Shown here: piece by piece, positions 1-10,242 of the stretch
Numbering within the stretch: the first letter of the stretch is position 1
How the letters are laid out: every line of letters begins with the position of its first letter
DNA from: Succinivibrionaceae bacterium
GTDB lineage: Bacteria; Pseudomonadota; Gammaproteobacteria; Enterobacterales; Succinivibrionaceae
Length of the DNA stretch: 64,000 nt
Reading direction: 5' to 3'
Assembly (NCBI GenBank): GCA_045628385.1
Contig: JAZQPH010000045.1
Span: 5,442-69,441 of the forward strand
Notes under the pieces: model-generated
The model's database searches: none
What the model was told of the DNA's origin: nothing
Seen by the model: the letters and a program-made list of their open reading frames with translations, nothing else
Position numbers and translations under genes: made by a program

Positions 1-254
1 TGCGGCAGATAACCTATGCCGTAGCGCGCGCGCTCATGCATCGGAAGAGTCGTTATGTCATGTTCGTCGATGAATACCTGACCGCCGTTTCCGGGAACAA
101 TGCCTACGATCATATAAAATGACGTAGTCTTTCCTGCGCCATTAGCACCCAGCAAACCGACAATCTCGCCCGATTTCACGGAGAGAGAAACGTCATGAAC
201 CACTTCGCGGTTCTTATAAATCTTCTTGAGATGCAAGGCCTTTAATTCGGACAT
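1..254 (-). CDS. lptB: LPS export ABC transporter ATP-binding protein LptB (N-terminal part, runs off window edge)
   Basis: My own reverse-strand translation from the ATG at 254 gives MSELKALHLKKIYKNREVVHDVSLSVKSGEIVGLLGANGAGKTTSFYMIVG... It has a Walker A motif (GANGAGKTT) and lies downstream of lptC-lptA as in E. coli. Confidence 0.9.
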   Translation of the reverse strand, partial: MSELKALHLKKIYKNREVVHDVSLSVKSGEIVGLLGANGAGKTTSFYMIVGIVPGNGGQVFIDEHDITTLPMHERARYGIGYLP

Positions 255-340
255 CTTGTGTTCCCGCCTAAACGGCATTTTGATGATTAAAACGATTTTA
301 TCCAACAATGGAATGTTTTTTGCTTATGCACCCCAATGTC

Positions 341-384
341 GGATAAAAAAATGAGAACCCGGCACGGTTTCGCCGCGCGCCGGG
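341..384 (-). terminator. Weak hairpin plus T-run in the 138-nt lptA-lptB spacer (possible attenuator or terminator)
   Basis: CCCGGC (358-363) pairs with GCCGGG (379-384). On the minus strand the hairpin is followed by TTCTCATTTTTTTA. The stem is only 6 bp and the loop is 15 nt. Confidence 0.3.
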
Positions 385-392
385 CAACGGTA

Positions 393-962
393 TTACTTCT
401 TCTGAGTATTGGAACTCGGAGCCTTTTTCTCTTCTAACTGCTCAGGCAGCAAAATAGTGTGCACCCTGTTGCCTTCTTTCTTCTTGGATTTTGCAGTCAT
501 TGTTGCCTTATTCATATCGTAGGTAACGATATCGGCGCGAATCTCGTTATCCTGCTTTTTAACAAAGGCTTTGCCTTTTGCTTCCATGAACTTTATCGTC
601 AGGTCGTACGTAAGCGTCAGTCCTTCGGCATGAACTCTGGCCCCATCATCCATAGTCTGCTCATAAACAGCAAGTTTTTTGGCGTTGCCGACGGCGACGA
701 GTTTTGTATGCTGATTCGGTTTGCCTGGATTCTCTCGGAATACGTCGAGTCTGTCAGCAGAGATGAAAATAGACCCCTGATGCACGACCACATTGCCTTC
801 GAAAGTAATATGATCGGCATCCAAGTCGGCGAACTGGCTCTCCGACTGCACGTCTATCGGAGCATCGAAATCGCTTTCAAGCGCCGATGCAGACAAACTG
901 CAGAACAAAGCTGAAGCCGCCAGGCTAATTGCTGTTATAGTTTTCAGGTTGAATGAGCGCAT
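393..962 (-). CDS. lptA: LPS transport periplasmic protein LptA
   Basis: 189 aa with a signal peptide (MRSFNLKTITAISLAASALFCSLSASA) and an OstA-like beta-jellyroll sequence. It lies between lptC and lptB. Confidence 0.9.
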   Translation of the reverse strand: MRSFNLKTITAISLAASALFCSLSASALESDFDAPIDVQSESQFADLDADHITFEGNVVVHQGSIFISADRLDVFRENPGKPNQHTKLVAVGNAKKLAVYEQTMDDGARVHAEGLTLTYDLTIKFMEAKGKAFVKKQDNEIRADIVTYDMNKATMTAKSKKKEGNRVHTILLPEQLEEKKAPSSNTQKK

Positions 963-1527
963 GGCTATCTCTTTTGGTTGTAAATTTACGATCTTTCAGG
1001 TTGCCTGAAAAATTCAGACCTTCCGTATGGGAGCCTTCAGGGGTGGTCAGCGTTACCAATTTTGTCGAACTTACGTCCGACGAATTGACATCAAGCTGCA
1101 GATGCTCTGAAGAAACCGTTCCTTTAAGAACAATCTTTCCGCCGTTCTCGTCCAAGCCGAAACCTCGGACTTTGGCATTGCCTGACAGGGTAAGAAACTC
1201 ATCCGTGTTAAAAATACCAGTATTTCCTTCCGCTTCCCACGTTTTTATTCCAGAAGGCGCATCGTATCCGATAACAAACGGACTTTCATGAGAACTCAGA
1301 TCCGAAACCTTAAAATATTCCGAACGTTTGCTTTTCATGGAATAAATTAGGTTTCCCTCGGCATCAAAAGTCTTGGCGTCGGGATTTATCGTCACAAAAA
1401 TAGGCCTGAAATCCCTTTCTTCGGAGGCTGTTTTGTCATCCTGCAAAATGCTGAACGCCAAATAGGCAAGCGCCAAGGCAGAGGCAAACAGAACGGAAAG
1501 CAGAAGAACAAAATATTTTTTCTTCAT
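925..1527 (-). CDS. lptC: LPS export system inner-membrane anchor LptC
   Basis: 200 aa with one N-terminal TM helix (YFVLLLSVLFASALALAYLAF). Its ATG overlaps the kdsC stop (ATGA). It overlaps the lptA start by 38 nt, similar to the known lptC/lptA overlap in E. coli. Confidence 0.85.
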   Translation of the reverse strand: MKKKYFVLLLSVLFASALALAYLAFSILQDDKTASEERDFRPIFVTINPDAKTFDAEGNLIYSMKSKRSEYFKVSDLSSHESPFVIGYDAPSGIKTWEAEGNTGIFNTDEFLTLSGNAKVRGFGLDENGGKIVLKGTVSSEHLQLDVNSSDVSSTKLVTLTTPEGSHTEGLNFSGNLKDRKFTTKRDSHALIQPENYNSN

Positions 1528-2069
1528 GTCGAAGACTCTCCGTTTTCGCTGGCGCCCCGTGCCAAGAGCATAAAATCTATCGCTTCGCGCACGCAGCCTC
1601 GGCCGCCAGGCAGCGTAGTCAGAATGTCGGCGGCATTTGCTGCATCGGGATGCGCATCGGCAGGAGCAAAAGACAGGCCGGCCATTTTCATGAGCGGAAT
1701 GTCTATCGAGTCGTCTCCCATATAAGCCGCCTCATCAAGACCGATTCCCATATCGGCAAGCATCTTTTCAAAAGGCTCCGTTTTGTCGGTTACGCCCTGA
1801 ACGACCATTTCGACTCCAAGCGAAGACATGCGTTTTCTCACGATCTCGGAAGTACGTCCCGTTATGACGGCAAATGCTCCGCCCTGCTTCATGAAAGCCT
1901 TGATGCCGGAGCCGTCCTTGGCGCAAAAAGTTTTGATTTCGTCGCCGCGCTCCGTCATATATATAAGTCCGTCGGACAAGACACCGTCCACATCGCAGAC
2001 GAACAATTTTATGCCGGCCGCCTTGCCGGCAAGCTCGGCAGATATTTCCTGACCGTATTTAGTTTGCAA
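1524..2069 (-). CDS. kdsC: 3-deoxy-D-manno-octulosonate 8-phosphate phosphatase KdsC
   Basis: 181 aa with the HAD motif FVCDVDGVLSDGLIYM and a C-terminal GGRGCVRE, close to E. coli KdsC. TTG start with a GAGGG Shine-Dalgarno 7 nt upstream. Confidence 0.92.
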   Translation of the reverse strand: MQTKYGQEISAELAGKAAGIKLFVCDVDGVLSDGLIYMTERGDEIKTFCAKDGSGIKAFMKQGGAFAVITGRTSEIVRKRMSSLGVEMVVQGVTDKTEPFEKMLADMGIGLDEAAYMGDDSIDIPLMKMAGLSFAPADAHPDAANAADILTTLPGGRGCVREAIDFMLLARGASENGESST

Positions 2070-2080
2070 TTATCTACCCT

Positions 2081-3067
2081 CTATAGCACGCCAGATGACA
2101 TTAGGTCGTAGACGTTGAATGCCCCTACAAGTTTTCCGAAAGCATCCGTGACCAGCATGCCGTTGATCTTCTTTGCCTGCATTATTTCGAGCGATTTGGC
2201 TGCCAGCATGTCCGCATCGGCAGTAACGCATCCTTCGCGGGCAAATTCGGTAATCAGCGAAAAACCGTCCGCGCCCTTTTCAAAAGCCCGTCGCAGATCG
2301 CCGTCCGTAAACACACCCCAAACCGTTCCGTCATCTCTGACTATGGCGGTCATTCCCAAACCTTTTTTGGTCATTTCCAGCACAACATCACGCAAAGTGG
2401 CATTAAGACCAACTTTCGGCAGCCGCTCCCCCGTATGCATGATTTTTCTGTTGCGGAGGAGAAGTTTTCTTCCCAGCGCCCCTCCTGGGTGGCTCATGGC
2501 AAAATCTTCGGCCGTAAAGCCTTTGGCCTCAAGAACGGCAACGGCCAAAGCATCGCCCATGACCAAAGTCGTCGTGGTGCTGGATGTCGGAGCAAGATTG
2601 AGCGGACAGGCTTCCTGCTCGACATGAATGCAAAGATGAATGTCGGCAGCCTTTCCCATTGTCGAATCAGGATTTCCCGTAACGCATATCAGTTTCACGC
2701 CGATGCGCTTAAGAACGGGGATTATTGTCGCGATTTCCGAACTCTCGCCGGAATTGGAAATGGCAATGACCAGATCGGATTCGGAAACCATTCCGAGATC
2801 TCCGTGCGCAGCCTCGCCAGGATGAACAAAGAACGCAGGAGTTCCCGTCGATGCGAGCGTGGCGGCAATTTTCGAAGCTATATGTCCCGATTTTCCCATT
2901 CCTGTGACAATAACTTTGCCTTCAGTTCTGGCTACCGCTTCGCAGGCAGACGCAAACTCCGGAGAATCGACGTAAGGCCTGATTTTTTGCAATGCGCCGA
3001 TTTCCTCTTCCAGGACCTTGAGTCCGGAAGTTCGGTAATCAAATCCGTCAATTACGCCAGATATCAT
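2081..3067 (-). CDS. kdsD: Arabinose-5-phosphate isomerase KdsD (SIS plus 2x CBS)
   Basis: Contains GMGKSGHIASKIAATLASTGTPAFFVHPGEAAHGDLGM, near-identical to the E. coli KdsD core. I prefer the ATG at 3067 (AAGGTG Shine-Dalgarno 9 nt upstream) over the GTG at 3079 used by the ORF track. Confidence 0.93.
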   Translation of the reverse strand: MISGVIDGFDYRTSGLKVLEEEIGALQKIRPYVDSPEFASACEAVARTEGKVIVTGMGKSGHIASKIAATLASTGTPAFFVHPGEAAHGDLGMVSESDLVIAISNSGESSEIATIIPVLKRIGVKLICVTGNPDSTMGKAADIHLCIHVEQEACPLNLAPTSSTTTTLVMGDALAVAVLEAKGFTAEDFAMSHPGGALGRKLLLRNRKIMHTGERLPKVGLNATLRDVVLEMTKKGLGMTAIVRDDGTVWGVFTDGDLRRAFEKGADGFSLITEFAREGCVTADADMLAAKSLEIMQAKKINGMLVTDAFGKLVGAFNVYDLMSSGVL

Positions 3068-3338
3068 CAATACTCGCACCTTAAGGAAAATTCATTCGCG
3101 ACAGACACTTCCGCCCGCATGAATTTTCAATTATATCCGGAAATTGCCCGGCTTTCCGCAAGCAAAAACTGCAAAAAGGCATAACAAAAGCCTTCTGCCA
3201 TGTCATTGACCTGCGAAAATGTGCAATCAAATGATTGATCATCTATTATTCTGCGTAAAATTTGCCTTGGTACACTATATAATGTATCGTTGCTAAAGAT
3301 TGATGAAAGTCACATAACCTGAACACTTCGGATCAGAA

Positions 3339-4139
3339 ATGACAGATACCACAGAATCGCCTCTAGTTAAGGTCGAAGGCATGACCTTTAAACGAGGTTC
3401 GAGAAAAATTTACGACTGCGTCGATATGGAGTTTCCGCGCGGAAAAATCACGGCGGTCATGGGGCCGAGCGGAACAGGAAAAACAACGCTGCTTCGCCTT
3501 ATTGGCGGTCAGCTAAATCCCGACGAAGGCCGCATCACCTACGACGGAATCGAAATTGCCTCCCTAGGGCGCTCGCAGCTTTACGAAATCAGAAAGCGCA
3601 TGAGCATGCTCTTTCAAAGCGGAGCGCTCTTTACGGGCATGAGCGTCTTTGACAATGTCGCATACCCAATCAGAGAACATACCCGACTGCCTGAAGAACT
3701 TATACGCACCATAGTTCTGATGAAATTGGAAGCCGTCGGCCTCCGCGGCGCAGCCCAGCTTATGCCGGCCGAACTGTCGGGCGGCATGGCAAGACGAGCA
3801 GCATTGGCCCGAGCGATAGCGCTCGACCCCGAACTCATCATGTACGATGAGCCTCTTACGGGCCAGGACCCGATCACCATGGCTGTGCTTCTGAAACTGA
3901 TTAAAGAAATCAACGTCAATCTCGGGCTTACTTCCATTGTCGTTTCCCATGACGTCAACGAAGTTCTCGGCATTGCCGACTATGTTTATCTTGTATCGGG
4001 CGGAAAAGTTCTGGCACACGGAACGCCTGATCGCCTCGTTGAAGAGAAAAATCCCGATGTCTACCAATTCATCCACGGTTTGCCTGACGGATCTGTTCCT
4101 TTTCACTACCCCGCGGGCGATTACGCGGAGGAGTTGTAA
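3339..4139 (+). CDS. mlaF: Phospholipid ABC transporter ATP-binding protein MlaF
   Basis: 266 aa with Walker A (GPSGTGKTT), signature (LSGGMARR) and Walker B (IMYDEP). It is the first gene of the mlaFEDCB order. Confidence 0.93.
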   Translation: MTDTTESPLVKVEGMTFKRGSRKIYDCVDMEFPRGKITAVMGPSGTGKTTLLRLIGGQLNPDEGRITYDGIEIASLGRSQLYEIRKRMSMLFQSGALFTGMSVFDNVAYPIREHTRLPEELIRTIVLMKLEAVGLRGAAQLMPAELSGGMARRAALARAIALDPELIMYDEPLTGQDPITMAVLLKLIKEINVNLGLTSIVVSHDVNEVLGIADYVYLVSGGKVLAHGTPDRLVEEKNPDVYQFIHGLPDGSVPFHYPAGDYAEEL

Positions 4140-4928
4140 ATGTTAGGATTGGACGCCATCAGTTCCCTCGGCAAAGTAGGGATTAAATTTTTCCAAACTC
4201 TGGGACGCGCGGGATTCGTGCTGTTTCACGCGCTTATCGGCAAACCGCAATTGAGAAAACACTTTCCGCTGCTCATCCAGCAGCTGTATGTTGTCGGAGT
4301 TCAGTCTGCCATCATTATTGTTGTTTCCGGCATTTTCATAGGCATGGTGCTCGGACTTCAGGGATACAACGTCCTCGTTCAGTTTAAGGCTGAAGCCAGC
4401 CTCGGACCTCTCGTGTCGCTCGCCTTGCTCCGCGAACTCGGACCTGTCGTCACGGCGCTGCTGTTTGCCGGCCGTGCAGGCTCGGCTCTGACTGCGGAAA
4501 TCGGTCTTATGAAGGCCACTGAACAGCTCTCCAGCCTTGAAATGATGGCCATCGATCCGCTTCGCCGAGTCATTTCGCCTCGACTTTGGGCCGGATTCAT
4601 ATCTCTTCCGCTTCTTGCCCTCATGTTCAACGTAGTAGGCATTTACGGAGGAAAGATGGTAGGCGTTGACTGGCTCGGAATAGATGAAGGCACATTCTGG
4701 GCGGGCACGCAGAATTCGGTAGATTTTTACCGAGACATCGTGCAATGCTTCTACAAATGCATCGTGTTTGCGATCGTGGTCAGCTGGGTTGCTCTGTTTA
4801 ACGGGTACAACTGCGTTCCGACCTCGGCCGGAATAAGCAAGGCAACGACGGCGACCGTTGTTTACTCGTCACTTATCGTTTTGGGTCTCGACTTTGTTCT
4901 CACGGCCCTTATGTTCAAAACACACTAG
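4140..4928 (+). CDS. mlaE: Phospholipid ABC transporter permease MlaE
   Basis: 262-aa polytopic membrane protein. Its ATG follows the mlaF stop directly. Contains the MlaE-type [27 protein letters not shown] motif. Confidence 0.92.
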   Translation: MLGLDAISSLGKVGIKFFQTLGRAGFVLFHALIGKPQLRKHFPLLIQQLYVVGVQSAIIIVVSGIFIGMVLGLQGYNVLVQFKAEASLGPLVSLALLRELGPVVTALLFAGRAGSALTAEIGLMKATEQLSSLEMMAIDPLRRVISPRLWAGFISLPLLALMFNVVGIYGGKMVGVDWLGIDEGTFWAGTQNSVDFYRDIVQCFYKCIVFAIVVSWVALFNGYNCVPTSAGISKATTATVVYSSLIVLGLDFVLTALMFKTH

Positions 4929-4945
4929 AATTAGGCAGGTTACAA

Positions 4946-5446
4946 ATGAAAAGCAAGTGGCTTGAATTCACCGTGGGACTTTTCATGGCAGCGGGAATCG
5001 CGTCATCCGTGGTTCTTGCTCTTAAAGTCGCAGGTCTGGCATGGAACAGCGATTCCGAAAGTTCCTATACGATTCATGCAAAATTTACCAATATCGGCCA
5101 GCTGAAAGTCCGTTCGCCGGTAAAACTCGGCGGCGTCATAATCGGCAAAGTCACCGACATCAATATCGACACCAAGACTCTGCAGCCCGTCGTTTCGATG
5201 TCCATCGACGGCCGTTTCAACGAACTAGGCGCCGATACTACTTTTGCTATCCTCACCGCTGGTCTGCTCGGCGAGCAGTATCTCGGGGTCAAACCGGATT
5301 TTGCAAGTTTCGACGATGACGGCAATCCTGTTTACCTTAAAGACGGCGATACCACCAATTTCACAGAGTCGGCGCTTATTCTTGAAGAACTCATAGGCAA
5401 GTTCCTCTACAGCCAGAATAAAGATGACGACAAGGACGATAAGTAA
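4946..5446 (+). CDS. mlaD: Outer-membrane lipid asymmetry protein MlaD (MCE domain)
   Basis: 166 aa with an N-terminal TM anchor and an MCE domain (VRSPVKLGGVIIGKVTDI). It ends in an acidic tail, NKDDDKDDK. Confidence 0.9.
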   Translation: MKSKWLEFTVGLFMAAGIASSVVLALKVAGLAWNSDSESSYTIHAKFTNIGQLKVRSPVKLGGVIIGKVTDINIDTKTLQPVVSMSIDGRFNELGADTTFAILTAGLLGEQYLGVKPDFASFDDDGNPVYLKDGDTTNFTESALILEELIGKFLYSQNKDDDKDDK

Positions 5447-5489
5447 TATTTATGGCGGCTTATGCCGCCTCACAAGAAGGAGAAGAATC

Positions 5490-6143
5490 ATGTTTAAGCG
5501 CATAATCACTTCATTTGCGGCAATCATCGCAACTGCCGCCGCTTTCATTTCTGCAAAGCCTGCCATGGCAGAAGAAATGCCTGGTCCCGTTGAAATCGTT
5601 CAGCAGACGGCCGACAAGTTGTTCCCTAAGCTCCAAAAACTCTACAACGAGAAAAAGCTTACGGCAGAAAATGCAATGCCGCTCGTTCTTGAAGATCTCA
5701 TTCCTCACGTCGATGTTAAATATGCCGCTTATAAAGTCCTCGGATCCCACATCAAGTCGACGAATGAAGCGCAGCGCGAGCGTTTCGTAAAAGCATTCCA
5801 GACATACTTGATCGACACCTACTCGATTGCCGCAACCAAATTTGCGGATCAGAAGTTCGAAGTCCTCAAGCGCGCCGTAGGCGATGAAAAGAGCACTACA
5901 GTCGAAGTCAAGCTTACCGATTCTCAGGGCGTCGTTTACAACGCTGCATTCAAGTTCCGCAAAAACACCAAAACCGGCGAATGGAAAGCCTACGACATGG
6001 TAGCAGAAGGCATCAGCCTGCTGTCCTCCAAGCAGACCGAATTCGGCGAACTCATCAGCAAGCACGGTTTTGACGCTGTTTGCCAGATGCTTGAAGAGCA
6101 CGAAGTCCAGGAAGAAGATTCCGAAGACGAATCAGATAAGTAA
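5490..6143 (+). CDS. mlaC: Periplasmic phospholipid-binding protein MlaC
   Basis: Start re-called to the ATG at 5490, which has an AAGGAGAAG Shine-Dalgarno upstream and gives a signal peptide (MFKRIITSFAAIIATAAAFISAKPAMA). Toluene-tolerance Ttg2D/MlaC-like body in the expected position. Confidence 0.88.
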   Translation: MFKRIITSFAAIIATAAAFISAKPAMAEEMPGPVEIVQQTADKLFPKLQKLYNEKKLTAENAMPLVLEDLIPHVDVKYAAYKVLGSHIKSTNEAQRERFVKAFQTYLIDTYSIAATKFADQKFEVLKRAVGDEKSTTVEVKLTDSQGVVYNAAFKFRKNTKTGEWKAYDMVAEGISLLSSKQTEFGELISKHGFDAVCQMLEEHEVQEEDSEDESDK

Positions 6144-6149
6144 TACGCG

Positions 6150-7675
<1,526 letters not shown>

Positions 7676-7676
7676 C

Positions 7677-8681
7677 GTGAAGAATCTGAAGAAACTGCAT
7701 ACATTCGGCATCGTGGTCGGAGCGCGCGACGTTGCGTTCATCGAATCCGTTGCCGATGCGGTTGCGTTTCTCAGAATGAAAGGTCCCAAAGTCTTGCTGG
7801 GACGCGGCGCCGATGTTTTCTTCTGCGAAGATTTTCAGGGCACCGCAGGCATTGTCAAAACCAGCGGCTTAAAAATCCAAGATGAAGGCGAGCTTGTTCG
7901 CATAAGCGCCATGGCGGGCGAAGACTGGCACGGGATTGTCCAAAAATCCTGCGAAGCCGGTCTTTTTCAGCTGGCAAATCTCGCATATATTCCGGGAACG
8001 GCTGGCGCGGCTCCCGTTCAGAATCTCGGCGCTTACGGATCCGAATTCTCCGACTTTTGCGAATCATTGGATATTTTGCGCCCCGACGGCACGATTGAAA
8101 ACGTCAAGGCAGAAAACTGCGGTTTCGGGTACCGCACGAGCGATCTAAGAAATCTGGCCCCCGATGACGGCATTATCTGGCAAATCCACCTGCGCCTTGA
8201 CAAGCGCGCCAATCCGAATCTTACGCATGGGCCGCTTAAACAGTTTGAATCCGAAGGTCATACTCCCATAGGGCTCATGCATAAGGTAATGGAAATACGC
8301 CGCGAAAAATTGCCCGATCCCGCAGAGCACGGCAGCGCCGGAAGTTTTTTCAAAAATCCGATTGTGAGTCATGAACTGGCTTCGTCTCTCAAAGAAAAAT
8401 ATCCAGAAATGCCGACATACGATTCCGACGGCGGAGTCAAACTCGCGGCAGGATGGCTTATCGACAAAGCAGGGCTAAAAGGAGCAACGTGCGGAGGCGC
8501 AGCCATCTGGAGCAAGCAGGCGCTCGTCATTGTCAATATGGGCGATGCCGTTTCAAGCGATGTTGTCAATCTTGCCCGCATGGCCAAAAGCGAGGTGCTG
8601 AAGAAATTCGGCGTGCGCCTGACGCCGGAAATAAGAATATTCGGAGCCGAAGGCGAAATTGCAGGAGACAGCGTCATATGA
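7677..8681 (+). CDS. murB: UDP-N-acetylenolpyruvoylglucosamine reductase MurB
   Basis: 334 aa. GTG start 1 nt after the murA stop. Contains NLAYIPGTAGAAPVQNLGAYG, GSAGSFFKNP and KLAAGWLID, as in E. coli MurB. Confidence 0.95.
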   Translation: MKNLKKLHTFGIVVGARDVAFIESVADAVAFLRMKGPKVLLGRGADVFFCEDFQGTAGIVKTSGLKIQDEGELVRISAMAGEDWHGIVQKSCEAGLFQLANLAYIPGTAGAAPVQNLGAYGSEFSDFCESLDILRPDGTIENVKAENCGFGYRTSDLRNLAPDDGIIWQIHLRLDKRANPNLTHGPLKQFESEGHTPIGLMHKVMEIRREKLPDPAEHGSAGSFFKNPIVSHELASSLKEKYPEMPTYDSDGGVKLAAGWLIDKAGLKGATCGGAAIWSKQALVIVNMGDAVSSDVVNLARMAKSEVLKKFGVRLTPEIRIFGAEGEIAGDSVI

Positions 8682-9664
8682 GACATTTCACCCCGGGCAT
8701 CAGAGCCATGGCCGAGATTCTTTCTGACGGCGACTTTCACAACGGCACCGAAATCGGCCAGCAGCTCGGCGTTTCCCGCACGACCGTCGCAAAATATGCC
8801 CAAAAGCTAAACGGCATAGGTCTCAGGGTAAATGCGGTCAAGGGCCGCGGATACAGCATCACGCGTCCGATAGAACTTCTTGATCCCGAACTTATCCGCA
8901 GCAAAGCGGGCAACGACATAGAAGTATTCGACGTTATTGATTCAACCAACAAATACATGCTGAGCCGAATCAACTCCTATCAAAACGGCGCCTGCATACT
9001 GGCAGAAACTCAGATAAAAGGCGTCGGCAGAGCAAATTCCGCGTGGATATCACCATTCGCCAGCCAAGCAATCATCAGCATGTATTGGAGTTTCCCGTCG
9101 ATTCCCACGGGGCTCAGCCTTACAATCGGACTCGCCGCGGCAAAAGTTTTGGAATCGCACGGCGTCAAATCCATAGGCCTCAAATGGCCGAACGACATCA
9201 TGGTCTCAGGAAAAAAATTGGCCGGCATATTGATTGAAGGAACATCCGGCGCAGACGGATCGTTTAAAGCCGTGATCGGAGCAGGCATCAATCTGTTATC
9301 AAGCCCGCTTATCGACGAATCAAGTTTTGAGGCAAGTTCGGCCGACAGGCATTCCGACATTCCGATATCGCGAAATGATATCGTATGCGATCTCATTGCG
9401 TCTTTTAGGAAGACTCTCGGAGAATTTTCGGGTGAATTCTCCGCATTCAGGGACGAATGGAACTCAAAGGACGTATATTCAGGCAAAGAAGTCACGCTGT
9501 CCGACAAACATTCCGGCGTCATCATCGCAACGGGAATCGAGCGTGGCATCGGCAATCTCGGCGAAATCATTATCGAAGACGCCAACGGCGTGAAAACGTA
9601 TCATGCAGGGCACCTGACGCTTGCAAAACAGCACTGCCTGGCGTGCCTATTCAACCAAAAATAA
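8678..9664 (+). CDS. birA: Bifunctional biotin-[acetyl-CoA-carboxylase] ligase / bio operon repressor BirA
   Basis: Start re-called to the ATG at 8678, which overlaps the murB stop (ATGA). This gives 328 aa, against 321 aa in E. coli. N-terminal HTH (GQQLGVSRTTVAKYAQKL) and ligase core (GRGRANSAW, KWPNDI). murB-birA adjacency matches E. coli. Confidence 0.92.
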   Translation: MRHFTPGIRAMAEILSDGDFHNGTEIGQQLGVSRTTVAKYAQKLNGIGLRVNAVKGRGYSITRPIELLDPELIRSKAGNDIEVFDVIDSTNKYMLSRINSYQNGACILAETQIKGVGRANSAWISPFASQAIISMYWSFPSIPTGLSLTIGLAAAKVLESHGVKSIGLKWPNDIMVSGKKLAGILIEGTSGADGSFKAVIGAGINLLSSPLIDESSFEASSADRHSDIPISRNDIVCDLIASFRKTLGEFSGEFSAFRDEWNSKDVYSGKEVTLSDKHSGVIIATGIERGIGNLGEIIIEDANGVKTYHAGHLTLAKQHCLACLFNQK

Positions 9665-9722
9665 AAGCCCGGCCGCATGCTGGCCGAGCCTTAGATCTGT
9701 CCTTGTCCCGGTAATCCGACTC

Positions 9723-10133
9723 TTAACTCAATCCGCCAAGATTCTGCGGATCGATTTCCTCAGTAAATTCGCGCGCTTCTATGGTCACGCAATCCGAATC
9801 GCCTGTCGGGAACACGGCTATCTCAATGCTGACTTCGTCGAGTTTGGGAACCCAATTCGCCAGCCATTTAACCAGCGACAATTCTTTAGGCTCGCAATTG
9901 GTCAGAGCATTCTTTTTCGTAAACTCCATGGCGAAATCTGGATGCGGCCACACCGGAATCGTAATCGACTGAGATTCAGGATCTTCAGTGAACACGATGT
10001 CTTTGGTCTCGGCGTTGCGCAAGAGCCAGAACTGCAGCTCAATTCTCGCTCTCTTTAAAAAGAAAGAGTAACGCTCGTCGGCACTGGCATACAGATACTT
10101 TTTGAATTCTTGCCTAGTCAGCGGTAAAGGCAT
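9723..10133 (-). CDS. DUF2750 family protein
   Basis: Start re-called to the ATG at 10133 (MPLPLTRQEFKKYL...). The 136-aa product has ERYSFFL, IPVWPHPDFA, CEPK..SL..WL and AVFP motifs typical of DUF2750. The longer ORF would run into uvrA. Confidence 0.7.
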   Translation of the reverse strand: MPLPLTRQEFKKYLYASADERYSFFLKRARIELQFWLLRNAETKDIVFTEDPESQSITIPVWPHPDFAMEFTKKNALTNCEPKELSLVKWLANWVPKLDEVSIEIAVFPTGDSDCVTIEAREFTEEIDPQNLGGLS

Positions 10134-10242
10134 TTTATTCCCCTGATTGTTCCGAAAAGATCCTATCTTTTCTGCAAAAGATGCCCCGTACGTAGTCCGC
10201 GGCACGAGGCACATTATAACGCGAAATTGTCGCGGCCGGACG

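Noticed and set aside
8453-8677. N-terminal 75-aa extension of the birA ORF in the ORF track
   Set aside because: The extension lies entirely inside murB in another frame and is Arg-rich nonsense. The ATG at 8678 overlaps the murB stop and gives an E. coli-like BirA length.
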